Origin: a virus
Reading direction: 5' to 3' (one strand)
DNA: 64,000 bases
Virus record (IMG/VR): IMGVR_UViG_3300030049_000007
This document shows, piece by piece, positions 9,214 to 18,967 of the stretch. Within the stretch, counting starts at the first letter, position 1; each line of letters starts with the position of its first letter. Both the position numbers and the translations under genes were made by a program. The notes below the pieces were generated by a model. That model ran no database searches and was not told the origin of the DNA. It was given only the letters and a program-made list of their open reading frames with translations.

Positions 9214-10791
9214 GTGTCAATTAAAATTTCAAATTCAGACTTCATACAAAAAGTTATGAGACTTGATGGAAGGTTATGGAGATTTGTAGATAGACCATAT
9301 ATTTTTCCAATTATAAATAATCAAGCCAAAAGAACTCTTCTGCTTGCAGCTAGACAGACTGAAAAATCTACTACAATGAGTGGAAATCAAATTGCTAATG
9401 CATGTTTAAATCCATATACTAGTTCATTGTATGTTGCACCTACATTCAAGCAAAGTGGGGTCTACTCACGTAAGAAAATAGATGAAATATTTGAAACATC
9501 TCAACTTTTAAATAAAACTTTTTATCCGGGAGTCAAAGGTTTTAGAATAGAAGAAAAGCGTTTAAAAAACCTATCCACTTTATATTTTCGATCTGCATTT
9601 CACGATGCAGATAGCATTCGGGGATTGACGATCGATTATCAGTATCATGATGAGATACAAGACCAGTTAGAAAATGTGGCACCGATAATCGAAGCTTGTT
9701 CTCAGAAACGTAAAAATGCCAAATATATGTATGCTGGAACTCCTAAAACTCTAGATAATAATATACAAAAAAAATGGGAAAAATCTTCACAGAATGAATG
9801 GCATGTAAAATGTATGCATTGTGGATATTATAATAAATTAGGAATAGAAGTTGTATTATTAGACAAGCCAGGTTTATGGTGTAGAAAATGTAAAAAAGAA
9901 ATTCATACCAGATATGGATGTTGGGTATCTGCACAACAGTCTGAAATTCAAGGGTTTAGGTTACCTTATATTATTCTTCCAACTGAAGATATTGATTGGA
10001 GGGATTTGTATTTTAAAATGCGCAATTTTGACACAGGCGCATTAATGAATGAAACTTTTGGCGAATCCTACGACAACGGCCAAAAACCCCTATCCAGAGA
10101 TCAGTTAATATCATCTTGCAGTCTAGATAGACCCATGTGGAACATAATGCCAACCAGTATTTCAGGTGTAGAATTATATGCTGGAATAGATTGGGGTGGT
10201 GGTAATACTGGATTTACAATTTTAACAATTGGATATTTTGATACCATTGCTAATAAATTTAAAATTATCTTTGCCAAAAGATATATTGGTAGAGAAGCAG
10301 AACCTGAGAACTTAGTATTTTCTATTACTAAAACTTTAATGGATTTTCATGTTTCATTTGTTGGAGCAGACTTTGGATTTGGTTTTGATTTAAATTCGAG
10401 AATGCGTGGATTATTACCTAAGCATGTTGTATATGTAACCTATAGACATAGTATTATTAAAAAAGCTTTAGCATGGGATGACCAAGGTAATACTTATGTG
10501 ACTAATAGAACTGAAGTTATGACAGATTTATTTAATGCTATTAAAAGTAAAAAAGTAGAACCTTATCAATGGTCAGAATTCGAAGATATTGGAAAAGATT
10601 ATTGTAATATTAATTCTGAATATTCTGATAGATTAAGACAGATGAGATATATTCATAGTCAACCCGATGATGCGTTTCATAGTCTTTTATATGCACGACT
10701 CACCTGGATGAAACGTACTGATCAGATAATTAGTACGCGATTGGATCCAGGTGACTCTGATGTTAGTGTGAATATGAACGAAAATGATTGA
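9214..10791 (+). CDS. terL: Terminase large subunit (GpA-like)
   Basis: 'AARQTEKST' Walker A, 'HDEIQD' Walker B, 'GTPK', CxxC..CxxC zinc ribbon, and RNase H-like 'GIDWG' and 'PDDAFHS'. Confidence 0.9.
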   Translation: MSIKISNSDFIQKVMRLDGRLWRFVDRPYIFPIINNQAKRTLLLAARQTEKSTTMSGNQIANACLNPYTSSLYVAPTFKQSGVYSRKKIDEIFETSQLLNKTFYPGVKGFRIEEKRLKNLSTLYFRSAFHDADSIRGLTIDYQYHDEIQDQLENVAPIIEACSQKRKNAKYMYAGTPKTLDNNIQKKWEKSSQNEWHVKCMHCGYYNKLGIEVVLLDKPGLWCRKCKKEIHTRYGCWVSAQQSEIQGFRLPYIILPTEDIDWRDLYFKMRNFDTGALMNETFGESYDNGQKPLSRDQLISSCSLDRPMWNIMPTSISGVELYAGIDWGGGNTGFTILTIGYFDTIANKFKIIFAKRYIGREAEPENLVFSITKTLMDFHVSFVGADFGFGFDLNSRMRGLLPKHVVYVTYRHSIIKKALAWDDQGNTYVTNRTEVMTDLFNAIKSKKVEPYQWSEFEDIGKDYCNINSEYSDRLRQMRYIHSQPDDAFHSLLYARLTWMKRTDQIISTRLDPGDSDVSVNMNEND

Positions 10792-10830
10792 CACTAGACG
10801 AATTTGTTGAGACAATAAAAGTATCTTGAA

Positions 10831-12042
10831 TTGGACCCTCCTATGGATTTAGAACTTACAGCAAATAAAATAGCTTCGAAATATCTCAAGTCAAACGTAG
10901 ATATGAATGAATCTATAGCTAAGTATGCTGCTGAAAATAAGTTAAATATTGAGCAAACTAAAAGATTAGTAGAAGAGTCCAATAAAACTTGTTATTTACA
11001 GAAATTTGCATCTACTGGTGATCAGATTTTTGATGTAGCACAATTTAATATAGTTAAAGAAAAAATCGGTTTATTAGATAAAGTAGAAAAAACTGCTGCT
11101 ATTAAATTTACGGAATATAGTGATTTAGAAAAAGTAGCAGAAGAAAATCAGGTTGATACTCTTGAATATCAACTTGCTATTGATAAATGTAGAAAAGAAA
11201 TTGGAGAAGAATTAACTAAAGTAGCTTCTTATTATAGACGTTTAGTTTATGAAAATCCTTCTTTAGAAAAGTTAGCTTATAGTGAAGTTCCCGCATTAAA
11301 GAAAGATATGGATAAAATTGCTCATAAAGAAAAAGTAATTGACTATTTAGTTGAAAAACGTGCGGGAATCATTTCTGGTTTAGCTGGTGGAGCATTAAAA
11401 GGTTCTGCTAAAGTAGTTGGTAAGGTTGGTGGTTATGTTGCCGAAGCTCCAATTAAAAGAGGCTTAATGCCGGCTAGTTATATTGGATCATTTAAGGAGG
11501 GGATGAAAAAAGTGCCTGATAGTACTGGTAAATTTATTATGAATAAAGCCGCTGAAGTTACTAAAGAAGCTGGCGTATTTGATAAGGTTATACAAGCATT
11601 AGGTGAAAATTTAGTTCCAGCTTTAGCGTTAGGTTCTGTTGGAGTAGGTATTGCTGCTGCTAGAGGCGCTGGTGGTATCGTTTCAAGAATGATGCAGGAA
11701 CGACAGTTAAATGATTCATTTAATACAATTGCTAAAGCTAATGCTGATATTCGTAATATTCCTAATGCTAGAGATTATTTTGATGTAATTGCGCGGCATA
11801 GTCCTTCTTTAGCTTTAGATCCAATGGTTGCCCCATCATTAATTCGTCAATTCGATACATTTAATGGAGTTGATGTTAATACAGTTGGTAAACTTCGTGA
11901 AATTCAGGATCGTGGCAGTAGAAATGATAGTCCTTCTATTTTAGACATGGCTGGTAGTTTCACTAAGGGATTTGATGCATTTAAAAAGAAAGATGTTAAA
12001 CCCGTTGTAGTAAATACTTATTATAATGGCAAACCTGAATAG
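10831..12042 (+). CDS. Head core/internal protein with many KxA motifs and hydrophobic Gly/Ala segments
   Basis: Follows terL. Contains EKTA, EKVA, EKLA, EKRA and TKEA, plus 'ALALGSVGVGIAAARGAGG'. Confidence 0.55.
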   Translation: MDPPMDLELTANKIASKYLKSNVDMNESIAKYAAENKLNIEQTKRLVEESNKTCYLQKFASTGDQIFDVAQFNIVKEKIGLLDKVEKTAAIKFTEYSDLEKVAEENQVDTLEYQLAIDKCRKEIGEELTKVASYYRRLVYENPSLEKLAYSEVPALKKDMDKIAHKEKVIDYLVEKRAGIISGLAGGALKGSAKVVGKVGGYVAEAPIKRGLMPASYIGSFKEGMKKVPDSTGKFIMNKAAEVTKEAGVFDKVIQALGENLVPALALGSVGVGIAAARGAGGIVSRMMQERQLNDSFNTIAKANADIRNIPNARDYFDVIARHSPSLALDPMVAPSLIRQFDTFNGVDVNTVGKLREIQDRGSRNDSPSILDMAGSFTKGFDAFKKKDVKPVVVNTYYNGKPE

Positions 12043-12072
12043 TAACCAAACTCACACATAGGAGACATTTAA

Positions 12073-12750
12073 ATGTCGAAGCTTTTAATTGATAAACTCA
12101 CTGAAGAAGTAGAAAAGACAGCTTCTGAAGTTGAAAAGACTGCCGAGGAACAGGCCCTTGAAAAGGTAGCTGGTGAAATTGGCGTTCTGGATGATTCGCG
12201 TTCTCTGATTGCTATTGGCGAGGAAATGTATAAGATCGCTGAAGAGTTAGAGAATGATAATCTGAAAGCTCTTGCTGCTGATACTTATCAGCTTGGCGAA
12301 AGAATGGGAGCTTGCCTTACCAAGACTGCTTCTGAAGATGGTTCAGCTTTAGAAGAAGCTCTTGACATTGCTGAAGATATGAATAAGATCGCTTCAGTTT
12401 ATGCTGAGATTGCTGATGAGGTTAAGGAAGACGAAACTCTTAATAAGATGGCTGAAACTCTTATTAATATTTCCAATGAACTTACTGAAGAGGCCAATGA
12501 GGTTCATACTCAGTTAGATAAGATGGCTGAGGAAGAAGTAGAGAAGGATGCTAGTGCTAAAGATAAGGCTAAGGAATATGCTGAGAAAGCCAAAGAAGCT
12601 GGTAAGAAAGCCGGTGATTATGCTGGTCAGAAAGCTAGTGCTTTAAAGGCTTTAATTAAAGCTCATCCTAAAGCCGCAATGGGTGCTGGCGGTGCCGCTG
12701 CCGCTTTAGCTGCTCTTGGTTATGGAGCTAAGAAACTTCACGATAAGTAA
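12073..12750 (+). CDS. Acidic scaffold-like protein with repeated KxA sites and a C-terminal Gly/Ala hydrophobic tail
   Basis: EKTA x2, EKVA, KIA x2, KTA, KMA x2, EKDA. C-terminus is 'AAMGAGGAAAALAALGYGAKK'. Confidence 0.6.
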   Translation: MSKLLIDKLTEEVEKTASEVEKTAEEQALEKVAGEIGVLDDSRSLIAIGEEMYKIAEELENDNLKALAADTYQLGERMGACLTKTASEDGSALEEALDIAEDMNKIASVYAEIADEVKEDETLNKMAETLINISNELTEEANEVHTQLDKMAEEEVEKDASAKDKAKEYAEKAKEAGKKAGDYAGQKASALKALIKAHPKAAMGAGGAAAALAALGYGAKKLHDK

Positions 12751-12812
12751 TAATTACGGAAATGCCTAGTCTATTTGATAGGCATTTCAGCAATTATTAT
12801 CTAGAGGATCAC

Positions 12813-13160
12813 ATGAGTTTAATTAAATTAGCTATGCGAACTGGTAAAGCTATTAGAGGTTTATTTAGTGCCGTAGAAGCTGATGTTAAAAATTCTAGAA
12901 ATGCAACTAAAAAAGCTATTCAGGGCGCTTATGAAGGTGCCAAGAATGGTGATTTAGGTGCTGCTTATTTAAAACAACGTAAAATGAATAGTGATTTAGG
13001 TAAGAAGATTCGTAAATTAAGAGATCAGATTAAAGGTCATGAATCTGAAATTAAATCTCATAAATTAAAAGAAAAGATTATCGGTGGAGTTGGATTAGGA
13101 ACTACCATTGGCGCTGGAAGTCTAGCTTTTCGTCATAAAAAGAATGTGGAGAAATTATAA
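12813..13160 (+). CDS. MSLIKLA-leader protein (true start 12813, not 12762)
   Basis: GAGGA SD, then ATGAGTTTAATTAAATTAGC. Basic protein with a C-terminal 'IIGGVGLGTTIGAGSLAF'. Confidence 0.75.
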   Translation: MSLIKLAMRTGKAIRGLFSAVEADVKNSRNATKKAIQGAYEGAKNGDLGAAYLKQRKMNSDLGKKIRKLRDQIKGHESEIKSHKLKEKIIGGVGLGTTIGAGSLAFRHKKNVEKL

Positions 13161-13435
13161 TGTCTATCGTAAAACTTGCTTTTAATCTTTCAGGGATTAA
13201 AGATGCAGTAGTTAATGCTGCTAAAGGTACTGCTATTAAATCTGAGGCTCATCGCCTTGAGAATAGTACCTTAACTTCATTACGCAGACTTCCTACTGCT
13301 GCTGATAAACTTAAACATTTTGCTACTACTAAATCTGGCTTAAAATCTTTAGCTCCTAGTGCTGCTCTTTATGGAGGGGCTGCTTTAGGTGTTGGCGCTG
13401 CGGCAAAAGCTTTAACTGGCAAAAAGAATGATTAA
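13160..13435 (+). CDS. MSIVKLA-leader protein
   Basis: Leader variant, with a C-terminal 'AALYGGAALGVGAAA'. Confidence 0.75.
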   Translation: MSIVKLAFNLSGIKDAVVNAAKGTAIKSEAHRLENSTLTSLRRLPTAADKLKHFATTKSGLKSLAPSAALYGGAALGVGAAAKALTGKKND

Positions 13436-13781
13436 AGAAATTGCATTAAAATATGATGATTTAGGATTATTTAAACTTGCATCTATTCTTGAAAAAGATG
13501 GTGCGGTTAATCCTATGCAGATGGCCATTAGTAAGACTATGAATCCTGAACAGGGATTACATTATAATCTTGCTACCGATGCTGCCGCTGCTGCTAAAAA
13601 AGATCCTTCTAAATTAGGATTAATGAGACAGCGTTTACAGGGATTAAAAAAGACTGGACCGTTAAGATTAGATGATGCTGTTAAATCTGGCATTGTTAAT
13701 TCCTTAAAGAAACCTACTCCTATAGCAGAAGTTATTCCATTTGCTAATAAACTTAAATCTATGGCTTTAAAAGTGAAATAA
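13428..13781 (+). CDS. Putative virion internal protein (internal GLFKLA motif)
   Basis: Lies in the head operon and carries 'LGLFKLASILEKDG' near the N-terminus. Confidence 0.6.
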   Translation: MIKEIALKYDDLGLFKLASILEKDGAVNPMQMAISKTMNPEQGLHYNLATDAAAAAKKDPSKLGLMRQRLQGLKKTGPLRLDDAVKSGIVNSLKKPTPIAEVIPFANKLKSMALKVK

Positions 13782-13782
13782 T

Positions 13783-13998
13783 ATGAGTTTAATTAAATTA
13801 GCATTTAAAGACTCAAAAGAATTAGATAGTGAATATATAGATAATAGATGGCTTGGAAGACGGGCAAGAGGTAAGTTATTAACTTATCCATTAGCTGCAT
13901 TTGGAATGTTACCTGCTCCATTACTTGGACATTACTTAGATCATAGACGTAAAGAGAAAGATTTTATGAATCATCCTGAAAAATTTAAAAAGAAATAA
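13783..13998 (+). CDS. MSLIKLA-leader protein
   Basis: Identical 20-nt leader and hydrophobic 'PLAAFGMLPAPLLG'. Confidence 0.75.
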   Translation: MSLIKLAFKDSKELDSEYIDNRWLGRRARGKLLTYPLAAFGMLPAPLLGHYLDHRRKEKDFMNHPEKFKKK

Positions 13999-14000
13999 TA

Positions 14001-15725
14001 ATGTATAAATTAATAGAATCATCAAATATTCCAGAAGATCAACAAATATCTATCTCATTAGAAGATAGATATGAAAATGATTTTATTAAAACTGCTTCTA
14101 AAAGAGATTTACCAAAAGAAGTTGATGAGGCTATTAAAAATTTAAAACGTAAAAAAGATCATAGCTATATGTTAGTAACTGCTATGGGTGATGGTGAAAC
14201 ATGGTCTGATAATAAAAATCATGATTATTTTCCATATGATTCATTGTTAGGATTACAAAATACTCCTGTTTGGAATGAAGTCTCACCTAAAGATGAAAGA
14301 TTAAATAATAGAATAAAAGCTAAGTTACGTTATCAAACATTTAGTGACGCTGGCTGGTTTCATCATCATCATAACAAACCAGAGCGTGGAGATCAAATTT
14401 ATGGTGAGGTTCCAAATGCTATTTGGAATCCAAAAATGCATACAGTACTTCTTATTATTGGAGTAGATAATAAAAAAGATCCTGAAACTGCTGAAATGAT
14501 TAAAAGAAATCAATTAGTTGCAGTTTCTATGGGAGCTAAACTTCCATGGGATCGTTGTTCTATTTGTCATCAACATAATACTTCTATTATGAAATATTGT
14601 CCTCATCTTAAATTTCAAATGGGTAAAATTTTAGATGATGGTCGTAAAATTTATGCTGAAAATTTATTTCCTAGATTTTTTGATATTAGTAAAGTAAATC
14701 GACCTGCATTTTTAGCCGGTATGCAATTAGAAAAAGTTGCTAGTACAGATTTTGAATTTAGTTTAGATCTTGCTGATTATTATGATATTGGACAATTTGA
14801 TAAAGAGGCAGAAGAAATAGAAAAACATTCTACCATTTACAAAGAAATGCCAACTCATATTGAAGGTGCAATAGCTAAAGTATGTAATACTGAAAGAGAT
14901 CTTCCACATAAATTAATGGAAGAATTAGCTAAACTTAAACCTTCTGAAGCTTGGGGTGCTTTAACTCATGCCGGTATTATTGCTAAGCCAAATGAGTTTG
15001 CTTATATTTTATTAAAGAATTCTAATCGTGATGATTTAGCTCAAGAATTTTATCATACTAAAGCAGTAATTAAAAATCCTGACGTAAAAGGATTAGATGA
15101 AGAATTGCATTCTTTAGCTGATATTGATATTACACATAAAGCCGTTAAATTATCTAATGAAATTCCTACTCATATATTAGATGAAAGATCTATTGGATGT
15201 GTTGGAGATAGAATTTACAATACTGAAAAAGGTTTACGTAAAGAAGCCGAAATAACTAGAACTATAGGTCTTGGATCTATTCTTTCTGCATTATATTTAT
15301 TATATCGTAATAACGCTGAAAGTAAATTTAGCGCTTATGGTTTATTAGGTTCTGGTATTTCTCAAATGATTAGAGACAATAAAGAGTCTGATAAATATAT
15401 TAGTAATAATCCATTTACTAATGAAGAGTTAAATAAACAAGCTGCCGCAGTTCCTGGTTTCTGGAATTCAGGCAAAGGATTATTAACTAAAGGAGCTATT
15501 GGTTTTGCAGCTCCATATATTGCTAGTGCCCACTACCAAAATAAAATGCAACAAGGATATCCTGTTGGAGTTTTAGGTAGAACTATTGCTAACAACCCTG
15601 GTAAAATGGGAATTGTTGGTGCCGCAATGGGAATGGCTGGTGCAAAGAATAGTTATAAAGCTATTAAGAATGTATCTAATGATTTAACAACTGGCGTAAG
15701 CAAAATTTTTAAGGATAAAAAATAA
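14001..15725 (+). CDS. Probable prohead (capsid maturation) protease with a C-terminal extension
   Basis: 'N.N.D.F', 'FHHHHN', 'VSMG...DRCSIC...C.H', 'FFDIS.V..PA' pattern, located upstream of the scaffold and capsid genes. Confidence 0.65.
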   Translation: MYKLIESSNIPEDQQISISLEDRYENDFIKTASKRDLPKEVDEAIKNLKRKKDHSYMLVTAMGDGETWSDNKNHDYFPYDSLLGLQNTPVWNEVSPKDERLNNRIKAKLRYQTFSDAGWFHHHHNKPERGDQIYGEVPNAIWNPKMHTVLLIIGVDNKKDPETAEMIKRNQLVAVSMGAKLPWDRCSICHQHNTSIMKYCPHLKFQMGKILDDGRKIYAENLFPRFFDISKVNRPAFLAGMQLEKVASTDFEFSLDLADYYDIGQFDKEAEEIEKHSTIYKEMPTHIEGAIAKVCNTERDLPHKLMEELAKLKPSEAWGALTHAGIIAKPNEFAYILLKNSNRDDLAQEFYHTKAVIKNPDVKGLDEELHSLADIDITHKAVKLSNEIPTHILDERSIGCVGDRIYNTEKGLRKEAEITRTIGLGSILSALYLLYRNNAESKFSAYGLLGSGISQMIRDNKESDKYISNNPFTNEELNKQAAAVPGFWNSGKGLLTKGAIGFAAPYIASAHYQNKMQQGYPVGVLGRTIANNPGKMGIVGAAMGMAGAKNSYKAIKNVSNDLTTGVSKIFKDKK

Positions 15726-16297
15726 TGGATCTCAAAGAATTTATAGAAAAAACAGAGCCAGAGGTCTTGCAAAAACTCGCGTCTGAAGCTCAAGATGAAA
15801 TGGTTAATAAAGTAATAGATGCTATCTTTCCTTTGTTAGAAAAGACCGCAAATTATACAGCACAGCTTGTCTTAGAAAAGATTGCCGAAGAATTATCTGA
15901 AAAGAAAGAACCTAAAGAAGAAAAGGAAGAGGTTGAAAATACCGATAATCCTAATGAGGAAAGTGCAGAACAAGCTGCTGTAGAAGATGAAAATGTTAAA
16001 ATAGATAGTACTCCTGCTACTGGTAATAAAACTAATGAAACTATGGACCCAACTAATACTCCAGGTGGTATGCGGGCTCAGGATATTAAAAATGCGGTAA
16101 GTGAAGCTTGCGAGGCTGGTCAATCTAATAAAATTATTCCATTTGTTAAAGCTGTAGGTGAACAATATCCTGATGCTATTCAGGAATTAATTAAAATGGT
16201 TAAAGTAGAATTACAAGCTGCTTTTTTAAATAAATCTATTGATGAGGAAACTGCTACTGCTCTTTCCGATGAATTAAATGCGATGGTGGGAGCTTAA
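15725..16297 (+). CDS. Acidic scaffold/core protein
   Basis: QKLA, EKTA and EKIA motifs; head operon. Confidence 0.55.
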   Translation: MDLKEFIEKTEPEVLQKLASEAQDEMVNKVIDAIFPLLEKTANYTAQLVLEKIAEELSEKKEPKEEKEEVENTDNPNEESAEQAAVEDENVKIDSTPATGNKTNETMDPTNTPGGMRAQDIKNAVSEACEAGQSNKIIPFVKAVGEQYPDAIQELIKMVKVELQAAFLNKSIDEETATALSDELNAMVGA

Positions 16298-16702
16298 ATG
16301 AGTGATAGTTTTATTGATAAACTTTTAGCAGAAGCCGAATCTGAGATTGGTTCGGATTTAGAAAAGTCAGCTAATGATGAAAATGGTGCGCCCGATGCTC
16401 CATCTAATCAGGAACAGGGTGGTGGTGATATTTTAACTACTGCTCAAGCCTTTTTACAGAAAGTAGAACAGTTTAAAGCTGCTTTATCTCAGGGTGGGAC
16501 TCCAGCAGAAGGTGATCCTAATGCGCAGCCTAATCAGGAAGATCAACCTGCCGAAGCTGCCGCTGCTCAAGCTGTAGGAGCTACTACTTCTGGTAATAGC
16601 ACAGTAATGATTCAAAGACCTGATGGAACGCAAATTAAATTAGCCTCTTTAGCTTCGTTAGTTTCGGCTAGAGGATCTAAACTTTTTAAAGAGGTAAATT
16701 AA
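16298..16702 (+). CDS. Acidic scaffold/core protein
   Basis: EKSA and IKLA motifs; low complexity. Confidence 0.5.
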   Translation: MSDSFIDKLLAEAESEIGSDLEKSANDENGAPDAPSNQEQGGGDILTTAQAFLQKVEQFKAALSQGGTPAEGDPNAQPNQEDQPAEAAAAQAVGATTSGNSTVMIQRPDGTQIKLASLASLVSARGSKLFKEVN

Positions 16703-16703
16703 A

Positions 16704-17087
16704 ATGGACCCAGTTCAGCAAGGTCAATCAGATCCGCTTCAGGATGCTTTACAGCTTTTAGATGAATCTGCTGCTATTATTCAAGAATTAACTGCTCAGA
16801 TTCAGTCTAAGGGAAAAGACGAAGATATGTCCAAGAAAGCGGAGGAAGTGGCCGTTAAATTAGGCGTGTCTTTTAATCAGGCTTCTGATATGATTAAGAC
16901 TGCGAGCGAATCAGGTGAAAGTATCGATGCCATGGTAAAAATGGCCTCTATTATGAGACAGAATAGATCTTTTGGTTCCGTATATACAGAAGAAAAAGTA
17001 ATTCCAATTTCAGGCTCTAAAGCAATTGATTCATTCATGGAAAAGCAAGCTGCGTTAATGGGTGAATTAGGACTTGACGAAAATTAA
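16704..17087 (+). CDS. Scaffold-like protein
   Basis: IKTA, VKMA and EKQA motifs; just upstream of the capsid genes. Confidence 0.5.
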   Translation: MDPVQQGQSDPLQDALQLLDESAAIIQELTAQIQSKGKDEDMSKKAEEVAVKLGVSFNQASDMIKTASESGESIDAMVKMASIMRQNRSFGSVYTEEKVIPISGSKAIDSFMEKQAALMGELGLDEN

Positions 17088-17112
17088 CCATTATATCAAG
17101 GAGATATAAAAT

Positions 17113-17547
17113 ATGTTTAACATTCTCAGTGGCCTTCAGGAAGGTTCTCACTCAGTAATGATCACTAGCCGTTCTGGCCCCGCCGGACTGGTTAAAGGTA
17201 CGGTTGTTCAGTTAACTGGTACTTCTAATACTATTGCTAAATCTGATAATAGCACCGTAGGTCTTGGATCTTCAATTGGTTTCATCTTTGAAGATCTGTT
17301 AAGTCAGACTTCCGGTTCTTATACCGTAGTTTATGGTGTCATGGAAGCTGAAACTGATCAGGTTTCTGGATCACCTGCCATTGGTTCTTATCTTAAGCCT
17401 GGCACTGGTGCTACTGCCGGTTTACTTATTGCAGCTAGTCTTCCTGGCGATGCTAATTTGGTTAAAGGTCAGGTAGCTGATAGTTACAGCATTGCTAATG
17501 ATGCTCAGGGTATTAGCACTTCGGTTTATCGTATCGTAACCTTTTAA
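17113..17547 (+). CDS. Probable capsid decoration/cement protein
   Basis: 144 aa, rich in Gly/Ser and beta-type residues, immediately upstream of the major capsid gene, with a strong SD. Confidence 0.55.
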   Translation: MFNILSGLQEGSHSVMITSRSGPAGLVKGTVVQLTGTSNTIAKSDNSTVGLGSSIGFIFEDLLSQTSGSYTVVYGVMEAETDQVSGSPAIGSYLKPGTGATAGLLIAASLPGDANLVKGQVADSYSIANDAQGISTSVYRIVTF

Positions 17548-17580
17548 GATAAATTAAAAATTAAATAGGAGATTTTAATT

Positions 17581-18501
17581 ATGAGTAATATGATGGCTTC
17601 CCAGCTTTGGGATGTATTTACCGGAAAATCAGCTTCCGGTATGGAGAAGGTAGCCGCTCTTACTGAGGATTTTATTCGTGATCGCCTTCGTGAGACTAGC
17701 GTATTAAATCGCGCTATTCCTCCTGTAGTACTTACCGAAGCACAGATTGAACGTAATACTACTAATGACTGGCCTCTGAAGCGCGTTGAGATTGAGCCCG
17801 ATTCTAAGGCTTTCACTCTTGGCTTCCGTGGTAAGGGTTCTGCTAACTTTATGGAAGGCAGAAAGTATGAAGTTTACTTTACCAAGATTGAAACTCAGCA
17901 CTTTAAGAAGACCCGTGAAGAATTAATGACAATGCGTTATCCTCTTATGGATGTTGTGAATAACAACTTCGTACTGGATATGCAGGAACAGCTTGATGCT
18001 CTCTTTAAGATTAGACTTGATGCTTCCGTAGCCGCTTCCGGTAATACCTCTGCTGCTACTGCTGGTGCCGTAAAAGATAACTTTAAGAATGCAGTTATTA
18101 CAGCGGTTCGTCAGGTGCTTGGTAAACGGCGTAGAGTTGCTCGCCTTATTATGACAGAATCAACTTGGCTGGACCTGGCTAAGCTCGAACCTGATAAGAT
18201 TGGTTATGAGAATGTTGGACGTATTGCGCTGAATGGCGTTGCTGCGGAAAAGACATTCTTAGGTTATGAAGTTATCACTTCGATTAACTCCACTACCGCT
18301 AATAGCGTATGGCCTGATGATAGTATCTATGCCATTGCAATGCCTGAATTTTTAGGTTCTAACTTTATCCTGGGTGATGTTCAACAGGAAATGAAGCGTG
18401 AAGCTAATATTCTCGAATGGTATTCATGGGCTGATCAGGGTGCTGAAATTGGTAACGTTGCCTCAGTTGCTAAGGTTACTGGTATTGCCTCTCTCACTTA
18501 A
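17581..18501 (+). CDS. Major capsid protein (HK97-fold, inferred)
   Basis: 306 aa with biased codon usage and a strong SD. 'FIRDRLRE.S..R..IPP' follows 'MEKVA'. It lies at the end of the protease-scaffold-decoration series. Confidence 0.8.
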   Translation: MSNMMASQLWDVFTGKSASGMEKVAALTEDFIRDRLRETSVLNRAIPPVVLTEAQIERNTTNDWPLKRVEIEPDSKAFTLGFRGKGSANFMEGRKYEVYFTKIETQHFKKTREELMTMRYPLMDVVNNNFVLDMQEQLDALFKIRLDASVAASGNTSAATAGAVKDNFKNAVITAVRQVLGKRRRVARLIMTESTWLDLAKLEPDKIGYENVGRIALNGVAAEKTFLGYEVITSINSTTANSVWPDDSIYAIAMPEFLGSNFILGDVQQEMKREANILEWYSWADQGAEIGNVASVAKVTGIASLT

Positions 18502-18514
18502 ATAGGAGTTACAT

Positions 18515-18886
18515 ATGTCGTATGTCAAAGCTTTGTTTGGTCATATTACTGGAGAAGGTCTTTCGTTAAAAGAGGGGCAGATTGGATTTATTGAAGATAG
18601 TAAAAAGCATATCTTAAATGATCTAGTTAAACGCGGTCTCGTTATTGTTAAAGATTCTCATGAAGAGGCTGAAGCTTTTAAGTTTATTTCTCGTCAGGAA
18701 TTATTTAATAAAAGTTACAAATCTTTAAATCCTCCTGAAGGCGAAAATGCTCCTGTTAGTTTAATTGATTGGGAAAATACTCAACCTACTATTATTAATG
18801 GAATCCCATCTAATTATATTGTTGAAGAGCCTAAGAAAGAAGTTAAAAAAGTAGTAACTCCTCCTTCTTCAGATGATAAAAAGTAA
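18515..18886 (+). CDS. Hypothetical protein downstream of the capsid gene
   Basis: AGGAG SD and operon position. Confidence 0.6.
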   Translation: MSYVKALFGHITGEGLSLKEGQIGFIEDSKKHILNDLVKRGLVIVKDSHEEAEAFKFISRQELFNKSYKSLNPPEGENAPVSLIDWENTQPTIINGIPSNYIVEEPKKEVKKVVTPPSSDDKK

Positions 18887-18908
18887 ATTGTTATAATATG
18901 AAACAACT

Positions 18909-18938
18909 AAAAACCGCTTCTAGCGGTTTTTGTTGTTT
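18909..18938 (+). terminator. Intrinsic terminator
   Basis: AAAAACCGCT-tct-AGCGGTTTTT. Confidence 0.75.
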
Positions 18939-18967
18939 TATGATATAATCAGATAGAGGTAACTCAC

